The notes: a model not told the origin generated them from the letters alone. Shown: positions 14,957 through 25,699, counted from the first letter of the stretch. The stretch: 44,907 nucleotides of DNA from an uncultured Flavobacteriales bacterium (GCA_937884175.1 CALGDB010000028.1:1-44907), one strand, 5' to 3'. A program made the numbers and translations.

Positions 14957-17167
14957 ATGGCAAAAATTATTTACACGAAAACAGACGAAGCACCCGCACT
15001 GGCGACGTACTCGTTCCTGCCAATTATCACCTCGTTCGCCAAGCGTGCAAACGTGCAGTTGGAAACACGCGACATCAGCTTGGCCGGCCGCATCCTCGCC
15101 GCCTTCAATGATCGCCTTCCGGAGGCCCAGCGCGTGAATGATGCCCTCGCCGAATTGGGCGAACTGGCCAAGCGACCCGAAGCGAATATCATAAAGCTGC
15201 CCAACATCAGCGCGTCCATCCCGCAGTTGAAAGCAGCCATTTCCGAATTACAAGCAGCAGGCTACGCCCTGCCCAACTACCCCGAAGAACCCGCGAACGA
15301 CGGCGAGCGCGACGTCAAGCGCCGGTACGACGGAGTCAAAGGCTCCGCGGTGAACCCCATCTTGCGCGAGGGCAACAGCGATCGCCGAGCACCGAAAGCG
15401 GTAAAGGCGTACGCCCAAAAACACCCGCACAGCATGGGGGCGTGGTCTTCCGACTCGAAGTCTCACGTAGCGCACATGACCGGGGGCGATTTCTACGGCT
15501 CAGAAAAGAGTCACACCGTCGCTGAGGCAACCGATGTGCGCATCATGTTCAATGGAGCCGATGGCACCACTAAGGAGATGAAGGGTGCATTCCCGCTTCA
15601 GTTGGGCGAGATCATCGACGTCGCCGTAATGGACGTGAAACGGTTGAAAGCATTTGCAAGAGCTCAGATGGCCGATGCCAAAGCCAACAACGTCCTCTTC
15701 TCGTTGCACCTAAAAGCGACCATGATGAAGGTCTCTGATCCGATTCTGTTTGGCGTATTCGTTGAAGCGTTTTTCGCTCCAGTATTTGAAGGGTTCAAGG
15801 CTGAACTCGAGATGGCGGGTGTCGACTCCCGCAATGGTTGGGGCGATGTGGTTAAAAAAATGGACAGCCTTCCCGCTGAGACGCAATCGAAGTTGAACGC
15901 GGCGATTGACGCCGCCTTTGCGTCCGGACCGGATCTCGCCATGGTGGATTCTGACCGCGGCATCACCAACCTGCACGTGCCATCGGACGTCATCATCGAT
16001 GCCTCCATGCCAGCGATGATTCGCAACTCGGGTCGGATGTGGGACAAAGCAGGGCAAACACGCGACACAAAGGCCGTCATTCCAGACCGATCGTATGCCG
16101 GTGTGTACCAAGCTACAATCGACTTCTGTAGGGCCAATGGGGCACTAGACCCGAAGACCATGGGCAGCGTTTCCAATATCGGACTGATGGCGCAAAAAGC
16201 CGAAGAATATGGCTCGCATGATAAGACGTTTGAATTTCCCGGTGATGGGTCCATTGTAGTGGAAACCGCATCTGGGGAGGCGTTGATTGAACAACTAGGC
16301 AAGGAGGGCGATATCTTTCGCATGTGCCAGGTGAAAGACGCTCCAATTCAAGATTGGGTAAAGCTCGGCGTAAAGCGAGCCCGTGTCACCGGCAATCCAG
16401 CCGTGTTCTGGCTCGATGAAAATCGTGCCCACGACGCAGAACTCATCAAAAAGGTCAATGCCTACCTCCCGAACCACGACACAGATGGACTTACCATTGA
16501 AATCTTAGCACCGATTGAAGCCACAACCTACTCATTGGAACGCATCGTCAAAGGCCAAGACACAATCTCCGTAACTGGCAACGTCCTTCGGGATTACTTA
16601 ACCGACCTGTTCCCCATTTTGGAAGTAGGCACCTCCGCGAAAATGTTGTCCATCGTGCCATTGATGAACGGCGGTGGCCTTTTCGAAACAGGGGCGGGCG
16701 GATCTGCTCCTAAGCACGTGCAGCAACTGCAAGGGCAGAATTACCTCCGCTGGGACAGTTTGGGTGAATTCCTCGCTCTGGCCGTATCCCTTGATCACTA
16801 TGCGGACCAGACAGGCAATGAAGAAGCCCGTGTGCTCGGTCGCTGCCTCGATGACGCGACCAGTCGATTCCTCGACGAAGACAAGAGCCCAACGCGGCGC
16901 TTGGGCGGCATCGACAACCGCGGTTCACACTTCTACCTCGCACTCTTCTGGGCTGAATCATTGGCGGCACAACAAGAAAGCCCAGCGCTGCGCAACGCCT
17001 TTGCTGGCTTGGCTGCCTCCATGCGCACAGCTGAATCCACCATCGTTGACGAGCTCATCGCGGTTCAAGGCGATGCAGCTGACACAGGCGGCTACTACCG
17101 TATGGACGACGCGAAGGCTGCGGCCATCATGCGGCCGTCAGCAACACTGAATGCCCTGATTGACTGA
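14957..17167 (+). CDS. icd: NADP-dependent isocitrate dehydrogenase, monomeric type
   Basis: 736 aa. The N-terminus [24 protein letters not shown] is the hallmark start of monomeric (about 80 kDa) IDH, as in Azotobacter and Corynebacterium. The length fits. Confidence 0.95.
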   Translation: MAKIIYTKTDEAPALATYSFLPIITSFAKRANVQLETRDISLAGRILAAFNDRLPEAQRVNDALAELGELAKRPEANIIKLPNISASIPQLKAAISELQAAGYALPNYPEEPANDGERDVKRRYDGVKGSAVNPILREGNSDRRAPKAVKAYAQKHPHSMGAWSSDSKSHVAHMTGGDFYGSEKSHTVAEATDVRIMFNGADGTTKEMKGAFPLQLGEIIDVAVMDVKRLKAFARAQMADAKANNVLFSLHLKATMMKVSDPILFGVFVEAFFAPVFEGFKAELEMAGVDSRNGWGDVVKKMDSLPAETQSKLNAAIDAAFASGPDLAMVDSDRGITNLHVPSDVIIDASMPAMIRNSGRMWDKAGQTRDTKAVIPDRSYAGVYQATIDFCRANGALDPKTMGSVSNIGLMAQKAEEYGSHDKTFEFPGDGSIVVETASGEALIEQLGKEGDIFRMCQVKDAPIQDWVKLGVKRARVTGNPAVFWLDENRAHDAELIKKVNAYLPNHDTDGLTIEILAPIEATTYSLERIVKGQDTISVTGNVLRDYLTDLFPILEVGTSAKMLSIVPLMNGGGLFETGAGGSAPKHVQQLQGQNYLRWDSLGEFLALAVSLDHYADQTGNEEARVLGRCLDDATSRFLDEDKSPTRRLGGIDNRGSHFYLALFWAESLAAQQESPALRNAFAGLAASMRTAESTIVDELIAVQGDAADTGGYYRMDDAKAAAIMRPSATLNALID

Positions 17168-17187
17168 GCAAAGGTCATCGAGCAAAT

Positions 17188-17216
17188 AAAAAAGGTAGCT
17201 CGGCGGCTCCCCTTTT
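17188..17216. terminator. Possible bidirectional intrinsic terminator between convergent icd and GH16
   Basis: The sequence is AAAAAAGG-T-AGC-tcggcg-GCT-CC-CCTTTT. The outer AAAAGG/CCTTTT and inner AGC/GCT pairings give an A-tract on one side and a T-tract on the other. The stem is weak. Confidence 0.35.
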
Positions 17217-17235
17217 CCATTGTGCATCTTTCGTT

Positions 17236-18423
17236 TTACTGATAGACGCGCACATAATCCACGGCCATGAAGACCGGGAATACAGTGGATGCGTCCGGGT
17301 TGCCAGGCCAATTCCCCCCTACGGCGACGTTCAGGATAAAGAAGAACGGGTCGTTGAACGGATACGGTTGGCCGTTCATCATGTTAGGGTTGATGTTGAA
17401 GAATATCTCATCGTCCAAGATGAAATCGATGTTGTCTTCGGACCAATCGATTGAGAATACGTGGAACTCCTCGTCGAAGTGCTCAGGGTAAATGCTCGTA
17501 GATATGCCTTGGTGGGTCCAATTGGGCCAATCCACACCCCAGTGCGCCGTCCCGTGAATCGTACCCGGCAAATGCCCGAGCAATTCCATGATGTCGATTT
17601 CTCCACAAGCAGGCCAGCCGACATCAGGGTAATTGGCTCCGAGCATCCATATCGCAGGCCAGATGCCTTGTCCCCTAGGCAAAATGGCACGCACATCGAT
17701 GCGACCGTACTGGAACTCCTGCAACTCCAGTGACTTCAGACGCGCAGAGGTGTAGGCGCTCTCTCCCACTTTTTCAGCGACGATGAATAACTTACCGTCA
17801 GCGACAAAGCTGTTATTGCTACTGTTGGTATAGGTCTGGAGTTCATTGTTTCCCCACCCCCAGTCTCCGTTACCAAGGTCATACGTCCAGTTATTGAGGT
17901 CAATGGCTTCGCCTTCGAATTCGTCTGCCCACACCAACGACATCCCCTCATAAGAATCGGAAGCCTCGTACCCTTCATCGGAGAGATAGATGGTCGTGTC
18001 GTCGTTGCGGATTCCAACACTCGCTGCAGGCGCGCCAATCTTAATGTATCCGTTCACCGGATTGCTCAGTTCCACCGTGAAAAATTCATCCGGCTCCAAG
18101 TATTCATCGGAAATGATTTCAATCGAAATTTCCTTGCTGAATTCTCCTGGCTGGAACGTCACGGTTCCTGAGGCCGCGACGAAGTCTTCACCGGGTGTGG
18201 CAGTTCCTTCGACGGTAGTGTATTCGACGGTGACTTGCTCCGTGTTCACTTGCCCCAACGTAATAGTTAGCGTCACCGCATTGATGTCCGCTGTTTCAAA
18301 CACCGTAACGTCGTGCGCCCAGCGAATTTCCGAATTGACAGAAGGCTCGGGATCACCGCACCCTTCGCATGAGCCCAATCCCACGGCACAAGCCAGTGCC
18401 AAAAGTCCACTGTATCTTCGCAT
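17236..18423 (-). CDS. GH16 endo-beta-1,3-glucanase (laminarinase type) with N-terminal Calx-beta domain; lipoprotein
   Basis: ATG at 18423 gives MRRYSGLLALACAVGLGSC. The Calx-beta signature is VTVEYTTVEGTATPGEDFVAASGTVTFQPGEFSKEISIEIISDEYLEPDEFFTVELSN. The GH16 catalytic motif is GEIDIMELLG (E-x-D-x-x-E). Confidence 0.9.
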   Translation of the reverse strand: MRRYSGLLALACAVGLGSCEGCGDPEPSVNSEIRWAHDVTVFETADINAVTLTITLGQVNTEQVTVEYTTVEGTATPGEDFVAASGTVTFQPGEFSKEISIEIISDEYLEPDEFFTVELSNPVNGYIKIGAPAASVGIRNDDTTIYLSDEGYEASDSYEGMSLVWADEFEGEAIDLNNWTYDLGNGDWGWGNNELQTYTNSSNNSFVADGKLFIVAEKVGESAYTSARLKSLELQEFQYGRIDVRAILPRGQGIWPAIWMLGANYPDVGWPACGEIDIMELLGHLPGTIHGTAHWGVDWPNWTHQGISTSIYPEHFDEEFHVFSIDWSEDNIDFILDDEIFFNINPNMMNGQPYPFNDPFFFILNVAVGGNWPGNPDASTVFPVFMAVDYVRVYQ

Positions 18424-18425
18424 GA

Positions 18426-19292
18426 TCAATCCACTACAAAGGTTAGGGTAAACCAGCCTTCGGCTTGCTGACAATCACCGGTCTGAATGGGGCCGTGCAA
18501 GACCAAACGATCTTCTGTAATTTCCAAAACGTCATAGAATGGACCCGAATCCCATACGCCCATGAAGCCGCACAAGGTTTCCGAAAATGCACCGAGGGTG
18601 ATCTGGTCTTCGCCAGAAGTTCCTGCGCCTTCCACCAACTGATAGGTGGAGGGTTCGATGGCCATTTCCGTTTCCACGTAACCGTCGAACGGATTCATCG
18701 TGCTCCCGTTGTTGTTGTAGAGATAGACCCCGTCTTCTGTAAACTGGTAGCGGTCATCTGTCTGCCATTCGGTGTGACCATCAGCCGGGGATGCATACCA
18801 TTCCGACGAGTACGGAGCCGGCCCCACAGAAATGGCGCCCGCTTCATTGGAGAGCTTCCACGTTCTCTGGCTGTCACAACCGGTGAGCAAGGCCAGCGTA
18901 CCCTCACAAGGGAGTTCGAGCGTTTGTTCAATGTCGATGACATCCGTCGCCAAGCCCATGCCGCCAGCGGTGTGCACCGAGTAAGAAACTTCATAGCTCC
19001 CTTCTACGGGGTAGTAAGCGGTATCCAATTGCTTATCCGAGGTTTGTCCGTTGCCAAAATCCCACAGTTGAAGGAACGAACCTTCAACGTCCTCTGCACT
19101 CAGTTCCACGCGGTTAGAGTCAATCCCAACGACTTGGCCGAGTGAATCAACGGCATCGATAAAAGACCATGAAATAGAGGCCACAGGGGCACCAGGCAAT
19201 GCGATGCCCTCCTCTTCGTATGGCTTACAGCCCTGTAAGCTATACATCACCACGCCCAAGACCATGGCGGCAAATGCAATGTGATTTTTCAT
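18426..19292 (-). CDS. PKD-domain surface lipoprotein (probable SusE/F-position glycan-binding protein)
   Basis: The lipoprotein signal is MKNHIAFAAMVLGVVMYSLQGC. The PKD motif is LWDFGNGQTS..YPVEGSYEVSYSV. It sits immediately downstream of SusD (1-nt gap) and upstream of GH16 (2-nt gap). Confidence 0.7.
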   Translation of the reverse strand: MKNHIAFAAMVLGVVMYSLQGCKPYEEEGIALPGAPVASISWSFIDAVDSLGQVVGIDSNRVELSAEDVEGSFLQLWDFGNGQTSDKQLDTAYYPVEGSYEVSYSVHTAGGMGLATDVIDIEQTLELPCEGTLALLTGCDSQRTWKLSNEAGAISVGPAPYSSEWYASPADGHTEWQTDDRYQFTEDGVYLYNNNGSTMNPFDGYVETEMAIEPSTYQLVEGAGTSGEDQITLGAFSETLCGFMGVWDSGPFYDVLEITEDRLVLHGPIQTGDCQQAEGWFTLTFVVD

Positions 19293-19293
19293 A

Positions 19294-20814
19294 TCAGTAA
19301 CCGTTGTTTTGGGTGATCAAACCACCACTCAGGGTGATTTCAACTTCGGGGATTGGGAACACCTCGTTCACACCTGCTGTGAACCCAAATTCAGTCAGCT
19401 CTTCCGCAGCACGTCCCTGACGAACCAAGTCGAAGAAGCGATGACCTTCCAAGCCCAATTCGACACGGCGTTCGTGCAGAATGGCATCCAACAGCGCTTG
19501 GCCCGTGAGACTGGCATCCAAATTCGGCAGGATTGAACTGTTGTTGTTGCGTGCTCGAGCGCGCACGATGTTGGTCAACTGACGCGCCAAGGCTTCATCG
19601 CCCACGTGATAGGCCGATTCCGCACCAAACAGCAAGACATCCGCATACCGGATAACGCGGTCGTTGGAGTATCCGTTCGGATTGGGATCACCGAAAGGCG
19701 CTTCGTCCGACGCGTTGATGAAGTACTTCTTGGGGTAGTACAAGTGGGGCATACCAGTCGCGTCGAGCGAGAACGTACCTCTATCGCCCATTTGGTCACC
19801 CTCTTGGAAAACGGTTGCGGTCAGACGTGGATCTCCGTTTTCAAACTCGTCCACGAAATTCTGCTCGGGGATGTTGAATCCGTACCCGCCGAATTGGCCA
19901 CGCGCGCGCTGCCAAACGTTGGTAAACGTCCCTTCCAACTGGTTACCCCAGTTGCCACCGGAAGCATTCATGTACTGAATCTCCCAAATCGAACCCGGAC
20001 CGTTTTCGCCTGCTTCCGTGAAGATGTTCGCGTAGCTCGAATCCAAAAAGTACTCCTGTGAGGAAATGATTTCCATGCACAGGTCGTGGCAGGCCTGCCA
20101 ATTGCCTTGATAGGCATGCGCTTTCGCTAACAACGCCGTAGCCGCTCCCCACGTGGCGCGTCCGATCTCCGATACAGAGATGGCACTGCGCTTGGGCAAC
20201 GATTCGCGTGCTGAGGTCAAGTCTGCAATGATTTGGTCCCACACCTCCGCTTGCGGCGTGCGGCCCTGTTGGTACTCGCTCGGCGAAAGGTTGTTCAAAA
20301 TCAGCGGTACATCGCCAAAGACGGTCACCAAGTTGAAGTACCAGTAAGCCCGAATGAACGCCGCCTCGCCAAGGTAGCGCGCCTGTTCCGTCAGATCCAT
20401 CTCGATGTTGGGAACGTTACTCAACGCGAGGTTACAGTACGCAATACCGCGGTACGCCACTTGCCATTCACCGAGCAAAATGCGGCTTGACGAATTGCCT
20501 TGGAAGTTTTCAAACAAAAACAAGTCGGGCTCATCTCCGTCACCTGAACCTCCCTTGAAGGAATCATCGGAGCAGATATCGCCGAAATACCAGCGGAAGT
20601 GAGCGGCCAATTGCGCGCTGCCTTGGATGTTGGTGACTTCCTGTTGGAGGTTGTTGTAACAGGCGATGGTCGCTGCTTCTGCATCCTCAGGGGTCAGGTA
20701 GTAGTTTGCCTCCGTAGAGCCTACCAAAGGCGTGATATCGAGGAATTCCTGTTTGCACGCTACCAAAGAGACAGCGAGGAATCCAATCAAATAGAGTGTT
20801 TTCTGTTGTTTCAT
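19294..20814 (-). CDS. susD: SusD/RagB-family nutrient-binding outer-membrane lipoprotein
   Basis: It follows SusC directly. The signal is MKQQKTLYLIGFLAVSLVAC (ATG at 20814; an alternative ATG at 20826 overlaps the SusC stop). It has typical SusD blocks (AYWYFNLVTVFGDVPL, RFFDLVR) and typical length. Confidence 0.9.
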   Translation of the reverse strand: MKQQKTLYLIGFLAVSLVACKQEFLDITPLVGSTEANYYLTPEDAEAATIACYNNLQQEVTNIQGSAQLAAHFRWYFGDICSDDSFKGGSGDGDEPDLFLFENFQGNSSSRILLGEWQVAYRGIAYCNLALSNVPNIEMDLTEQARYLGEAAFIRAYWYFNLVTVFGDVPLILNNLSPSEYQQGRTPQAEVWDQIIADLTSARESLPKRSAISVSEIGRATWGAATALLAKAHAYQGNWQACHDLCMEIISSQEYFLDSSYANIFTEAGENGPGSIWEIQYMNASGGNWGNQLEGTFTNVWQRARGQFGGYGFNIPEQNFVDEFENGDPRLTATVFQEGDQMGDRGTFSLDATGMPHLYYPKKYFINASDEAPFGDPNPNGYSNDRVIRYADVLLFGAESAYHVGDEALARQLTNIVRARARNNNSSILPNLDASLTGQALLDAILHERRVELGLEGHRFFDLVRQGRAAEELTEFGFTAGVNEVFPIPEVEITLSGGLITQNNGY

Positions 20815-20825
20815 GAGTATGCGCA

Positions 20826-23800
20826 TTAGAAGTTGACGTTAACACCGGCCATGAAGGTTCGCGCCGCCGGATAGAATCCACGGTCGATGCCAATCTCCAA
20901 GGTGCCCCGCGTGCCAATCTCCGGATCGAGGCCCGAATAGCTCGTGAAGGTGAATAAATTGCTTGCAGCCACGTAAATACGACACTTGCCAATCTGCAAA
21001 CGTTGCATCACGCTCTCTGGCAAAGTGTACCCAACCTGCACATTCTTGATGCGCAAGAATGATCCGTCCTCGACGAATCGGTCGGAGATGCGGTTGTTCT
21101 GATTCGGATCGCTGTGTGAAATGCGCGGGTATAAATCGCTTGTACCCTCTCCGGTCCAGCGCTCCAAGGCGGCGACGGGAAGGTTTGTGGTATTCAAATC
21201 GTAACGGAACACCCCATTCAATACGTCGTTGCCGTGGGTTCCCTGGAGGAACAAGCTGAAGTCGAACGCCTTATAATTCATCGAAGCGTTGAAACCGTAG
21301 GTGAAATCAGGATGGGGATTGCCAATCATGGTTTTATCATCGGCATCGATGGTACCGTCGCCGTTTTGGTCGACAAAAATCACGTCGCCGGCTTGTGCGT
21401 TTGGCAAGGCCTCATAGGCTGCAGCTTCTTCATCCGTCTGGAAAATGCCTGCTGTTTCGTATCCGTAGAAGTAAGCCATTGGCATGCCAATTTCAGTGTG
21501 AGCCACCAGATCACCAATGCCGAAGACCGAACCGGTGCTGATGGGCTGGCCACCGTCACCCAAATCGGTCACTTCGTTGCGAATGAAGGAGATGTTACCG
21601 CCCACTGCGTATTCCACCAAACCTTTCTGGTTGCGGTGGTTGACCATGAACTCAAAACCGGAGTTCTTCGCTGACGCAACATTTGTAGCAGAAGGCAAGA
21701 AGCCGACCACGCCGGGCAGTGGAACCACCGCCAACATGTCGTTCGTGTTCTTCACGAAGTAATCGGCGACAATGTTCAACTTGCCTTTGTACAAATCGGC
21801 GTCCACACCGATGTTAGTCTGCTCGACTGTCTCCCACTTCAAATCGGGGTTGGACGTATTGATGGGACCTGCACCGTTGACCTGCACCTGTTCGCTGCCG
21901 AAGGTGTAGTTGAGGCCGTTGTAGATGAGCGAGGTGTAATCGAAGTTACCGATACCGTCCGCGTTTCCATTCTGTCCCCAGCTGGCGCGAAGCTTCAAGA
22001 AGTCAATCCAGTCTTTCTCGGCCACCCAGGGCAGCTCGGTTATGTTGTATGCAGCGGAGAATGAGGGGAAGATACCGTACCGGTTGTTCATACCGAATCG
22101 GGAAGAACCGTCGCGGCGCACCGTGCCGGCTAGGGACCACGCTTCGCCCAAGCTGTAGTTGACCCGGACGAATTGGCCAATGAAGGACGATTCTGAAATG
22201 CCGCCGTTGGCGGTAGGTGCTTGCTCAGCGTTGTTCATGCTGTTGCTGAGGTATGCGAACAGGACGTCATTGGAGGCCAAGCTGTCCCGTGAACCGTAGA
22301 AGTTGGTATTCACGTTGTTCAGTGCGGAGTATCCAGCGATAACCTGCAAGTCGTCTCCATTTTTCAATTCCTTCTCATAATTTACGGTATTCTCCCACTG
22401 CCAGTTGCTCCACTTGTTCTCGCCAAGCATCAACGAGTTAACCTCGCGGAATTCATACGCTGGACGGTTGGGGTCGTTTGCCCCAATGCCCAGATCGAAG
22501 GATGGATAAAAAATACGTTGGGACCCCAACGATAAGTCTACCGACATGGTCGACCGGAACTTTAAGTTCGAAAGGATGTCGAATTCCGCAAACGTGGAAC
22601 CGACAAAGCGGTTGGTGGTCCAAAAATCGTTATTCAATGCGATTTGGTTCGCCGGGTTTGCGATGTCCGAATCGATGAATTCACTGTATGCGTATGATCC
22701 ATCCGGACGTTGCGCCGTGGTGATTGGATCCATATTGAGTGCGCGGCCGACCGGGGTCGCGAACTCATTATTTTCGGCAAGGGCGGAACGGTTCAAGTGC
22801 GTGAAGTTCACGTTCTGTCCCATGCGGAAGCGCTCACCCCCGTCTTGGCGGGTGTTGATGCGGAAGGTGTAGCGCTCGAAGCGCCCCTTCTCACCGCCGA
22901 TGATGCCATCTTGCGTGAAGTAGCTTCCGCCAACGGCTGTTGACGATGTCTTCGTACCTTTTGTAAAGCTGAACGAATGATTCATCATCGGCGCTCGCTC
23001 GAAGATTTCATCCTGCCAATCGAATCCTTCACCCAATGCTGCTGGGTTGCTCAATGCCTCAAGAGGCGCAAGTCCTGCAGCGGAACGGCTTTCGTTCATA
23101 AGAATCGCGTACTCCTCTGCATTCAAGAGGGCCATGTACTTCCATGGTTCCTGGATGCCGTAGTAGCTCTCGTAGGTAATTTGTGGCTTCTGCCCTTTGC
23201 TACCCGTTTTGGTTGTAATCAAGACTACACCGTTTCCTCCACGGGCACCATAGATGGCTGCAGAAGCCGCATCCTTGAGGATGGAGATGGACTCAATGTC
23301 CGCAGGGTTCAAGTAGTCAATGCCACCGCTGGGGATGCCGTCGATGACGTACAACGGCTCGGCGTTGTTCAACGACCCTGTTCCACGGATTCGGATGGAC
23401 TGTGTAGAGCCCGGTTGACCTGAATTCTGGGTCACCTGTACCCCGGCGGCACGGCCTTGAAGGGCCTGCTCGGTTCGGAGCACAGGCAAAGATGTGATTT
23501 CTTTGGTGTCGATGGTCCCAACAGCACCGGAAATCTCACTTCGCTTTTGGTTGCCGTAACCGACGACGATGACCTCTTCCAATCCAGCGATGTCAGCATC
23601 TAATTGGACGTCCGTGGATTGGCCGGCAGTCAGCGCAACCTCCTTGCTTCTGTAGCCTATGAATGAGAACACGAGTGTGACTTCATCGCCCGATACGGGC
23701 AGCGTGAATTTTCCATCGATGTCAGAAAATGTCGCGTTCTGCGTCCCTTTCTCGACCACTGTGACCCCGGGCAAGCCAAGGCCGTCTTCAGCGGCGGTCA

Positions 23801-23885
23801 CCTTCCCGGAGACCATCCTTCCCTGAGAGAAGGAGGTCGCCAGGATGGCACCGATGAATCCAATTGCTAAAAGCAGTTTTTTCAT
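20826..23885 (-). CDS. susC: SusC/RagA-family TonB-dependent outer-membrane transporter
   Basis: 1019 aa. It has an N-terminal carboxypeptidase-regulatory-like domain (GKVTAAEDGLGLPGVTVVEKGT), a plug (VVGYGNQKRSEISGAVG..) and a C-terminal aromatic terminus (..AGVNVNF). Confidence 0.95.
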   Translation of the reverse strand: MKKLLLAIGFIGAILATSFSQGRMVSGKVTAAEDGLGLPGVTVVEKGTQNATFSDIDGKFTLPVSGDEVTLVFSFIGYRSKEVALTAGQSTDVQLDADIAGLEEVIVVGYGNQKRSEISGAVGTIDTKEITSLPVLRTEQALQGRAAGVQVTQNSGQPGSTQSIRIRGTGSLNNAEPLYVIDGIPSGGIDYLNPADIESISILKDAASAAIYGARGGNGVVLITTKTGSKGQKPQITYESYYGIQEPWKYMALLNAEEYAILMNESRSAAGLAPLEALSNPAALGEGFDWQDEIFERAPMMNHSFSFTKGTKTSSTAVGGSYFTQDGIIGGEKGRFERYTFRINTRQDGGERFRMGQNVNFTHLNRSALAENNEFATPVGRALNMDPITTAQRPDGSYAYSEFIDSDIANPANQIALNNDFWTTNRFVGSTFAEFDILSNLKFRSTMSVDLSLGSQRIFYPSFDLGIGANDPNRPAYEFREVNSLMLGENKWSNWQWENTVNYEKELKNGDDLQVIAGYSALNNVNTNFYGSRDSLASNDVLFAYLSNSMNNAEQAPTANGGISESSFIGQFVRVNYSLGEAWSLAGTVRRDGSSRFGMNNRYGIFPSFSAAYNITELPWVAEKDWIDFLKLRASWGQNGNADGIGNFDYTSLIYNGLNYTFGSEQVQVNGAGPINTSNPDLKWETVEQTNIGVDADLYKGKLNIVADYFVKNTNDMLAVVPLPGVVGFLPSATNVASAKNSGFEFMVNHRNQKGLVEYAVGGNISFIRNEVTDLGDGGQPISTGSVFGIGDLVAHTEIGMPMAYFYGYETAGIFQTDEEAAAYEALPNAQAGDVIFVDQNGDGTIDADDKTMIGNPHPDFTYGFNASMNYKAFDFSLFLQGTHGNDVLNGVFRYDLNTTNLPVAALERWTGEGTSDLYPRISHSDPNQNNRISDRFVEDGSFLRIKNVQVGYTLPESVMQRLQIGKCRIYVAASNLFTFTSYSGLDPEIGTRGTLEIGIDRGFYPAARTFMAGVNVNF

Positions 23886-23937
23886 CAGAATTCAGTTCGT
23901 TCCAGCGTTGCTGGGTGTTGTAGTTGGTGTCCTATGA

Positions 23938-25677
23938 TTATTGGACTCTGATGAGTTTCTCTGTTGCAACAACTCCATTCATGTTCAACTGAACGAAGTA
24001 CACACCCGCCGCTTCTGAGCTCATATCGAGCGTCCAAACCGGCGTGTTCGCTGGAAGGAGAATGCGTTCAACCAAGGCCCCGTTGAAGGACACGATGCTC
24101 ACTTCGCAAGGAGCGTTGTTGGCGCCTTGCATGCGCAACTCGACGATGTCGTTGGTGATGGAAGGGACGAGCTTGAAGTCCATACCTCCCAACTCCATTA
24201 CGTTGTCTGGGGTGCAAACGTCACACGAGTTGAAGCAGTATGCGATGGTTTCAACGGACGCTTCTTCTTCGAAGAACAAGTAGCGATTCGTGTAAACCGA
24301 GTCAGCTGTCGTGACTGTGCACTCACCGTGAACGATGGGGTCAAATACTTCTTCCACACCGCTGTTGACGAACTTGTATTCGTGGCCGCCAGGCAACAAG
24401 TCGAGGGTCACCTCGTATATGCCGTCGCCGTCATCGTCAGCCAAAGGAGTCGCCGTGTTGTCCCAGCCGTTGATGGAGCCACCGAAAATAGTCACACCGC
24501 TCACGACCAATTGCTCGCTCATGTCAACCTTGAAGGTGACCGGCACCGGGCTGATCATTTCACAAGAACCGTCTTCGCTGCACTGGCCGAAGCACGTGCT
24601 GACCACCGTGTTGCCCGTTACTTCAGGCAAGAAGCGATCGTTGAAATTATCTGGGTTGGCGCAAGGCAAACCAGCTATATTCTCCTTGCACGACCAGTCG
24701 CCACAAGCACCGTTGGTAAACGTGTAGTAGCTGCTGAATCCAGACTCTACCTCCACGGTGATGGAGTAGATGCCGTCACCGTCGTCGTCGGTCATCTGGT
24801 TATCTCCTGGGTTTCCGAAATTTCCACCTCCAGCGAGGTAAACACCTGTAGGATCAACATCTTCCAATTCCATGTTGAGGTTGAACGTCACGGTGAACAG
24901 GCTGTCGTTTCCGCCGCCGCCGCCATTCGAACCCTCGCAGGCCGAGCAGGAGTTGTAGCACACCACGTCCAAGGTCATTGCCTCTGTTCCGGTGGTCAAC
25001 GTACGGTTGGTGTAACCGTCAATGGTGCTCGTGCAAGGATCACCTTCAGTGAATTCCTCTTGGTTGCTCCACCCGTCCAAAGTGAACTTATACTCGTAGG
25101 ACATTTCGTTATCAAGCTCGATGGCAAGCTCGTAAACACCGTCTGCGTCGTCGTCGGTCATCTCAGCGCAAGAACCACACCAACCGTTGAAGCTGCCGTT
25201 CAAATTCACTGCGCTGTAGCTGCCGGTGTACTCCGACATATCCACTCGGAAAGTCACAGCAGATGCAGGCGGTGGTGCTTGGCAAGAGCCGTCTTCTGAG
25301 CATTGACCAAAGCAGGTGCTGATGGTCATATCGCCGTTGATTTCAGGCAGGATGCGGTCATTCCAATTGGCTGGATCCGAACAAGGGAGGCCCTGTAGGT
25401 TCTCTTTACAGCTCCAGTCGGGGCAATTTCCGTTAAGGAAAATGTAATTACCTGTCGTGCCATAGTCCATGACAACATCAACACTATATACGCCGTCCCC
25501 ATCCGGGTCGGTCAATTCATGCTCGGTGGGACCACCGATGACACCGCCGCCGAGGTATACACCTCCGTCAGAAACGGTTTCGTTCTCCATGTTGAGATTA
25601 AAAGTCACAACGGATGTTTGCGCCCAAGAAGTGGCGGCAACAAGCATTGCGATCAAGCTTACGTAAACGTTTTTCAT
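23938..25677 (-). CDS. Secreted tetramodular CBM-like protein (A-B-A'-B') with T9SS type-A CTD
   Basis: The signal is ..ATSWAQ. Four modules of about 120 aa occupy aa 21-140, 141-261, 262-379 and 380-503. The B modules read VTF(R/K)VDMS..(V/I).(L/F).G(S/G).NGW......DDD.DG(V/I)YE(L/V)..(E/H)YKF, reminiscent of CBM20/CBM48-type beta-sandwiches. The CTD is ..GVYFVQLNMNGVVATEKLIRVQ. Confidence 0.75.
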   Translation of the reverse strand: MKNVYVSLIAMLVAATSWAQTSVVTFNLNMENETVSDGGVYLGGGVIGGPTEHELTDPDGDGVYSVDVVMDYGTTGNYIFLNGNCPDWSCKENLQGLPCSDPANWNDRILPEINGDMTISTCFGQCSEDGSCQAPPPASAVTFRVDMSEYTGSYSAVNLNGSFNGWCGSCAEMTDDDADGVYELAIELDNEMSYEYKFTLDGWSNQEEFTEGDPCTSTIDGYTNRTLTTGTEAMTLDVVCYNSCSACEGSNGGGGGNDSLFTVTFNLNMELEDVDPTGVYLAGGGNFGNPGDNQMTDDDGDGIYSITVEVESGFSSYYTFTNGACGDWSCKENIAGLPCANPDNFNDRFLPEVTGNTVVSTCFGQCSEDGSCEMISPVPVTFKVDMSEQLVVSGVTIFGGSINGWDNTATPLADDDGDGIYEVTLDLLPGGHEYKFVNSGVEEVFDPIVHGECTVTTADSVYTNRYLFFEEEASVETIAYCFNSCDVCTPDNVMELGGMDFKLVPSITNDIVELRMQGANNAPCEVSIVSFNGALVERILLPANTPVWTLDMSSEAAGVYFVQLNMNGVVATEKLIRVQ

Positions 25678-25699
25678 TGTAAGAGTTTATGGTTTGGGT

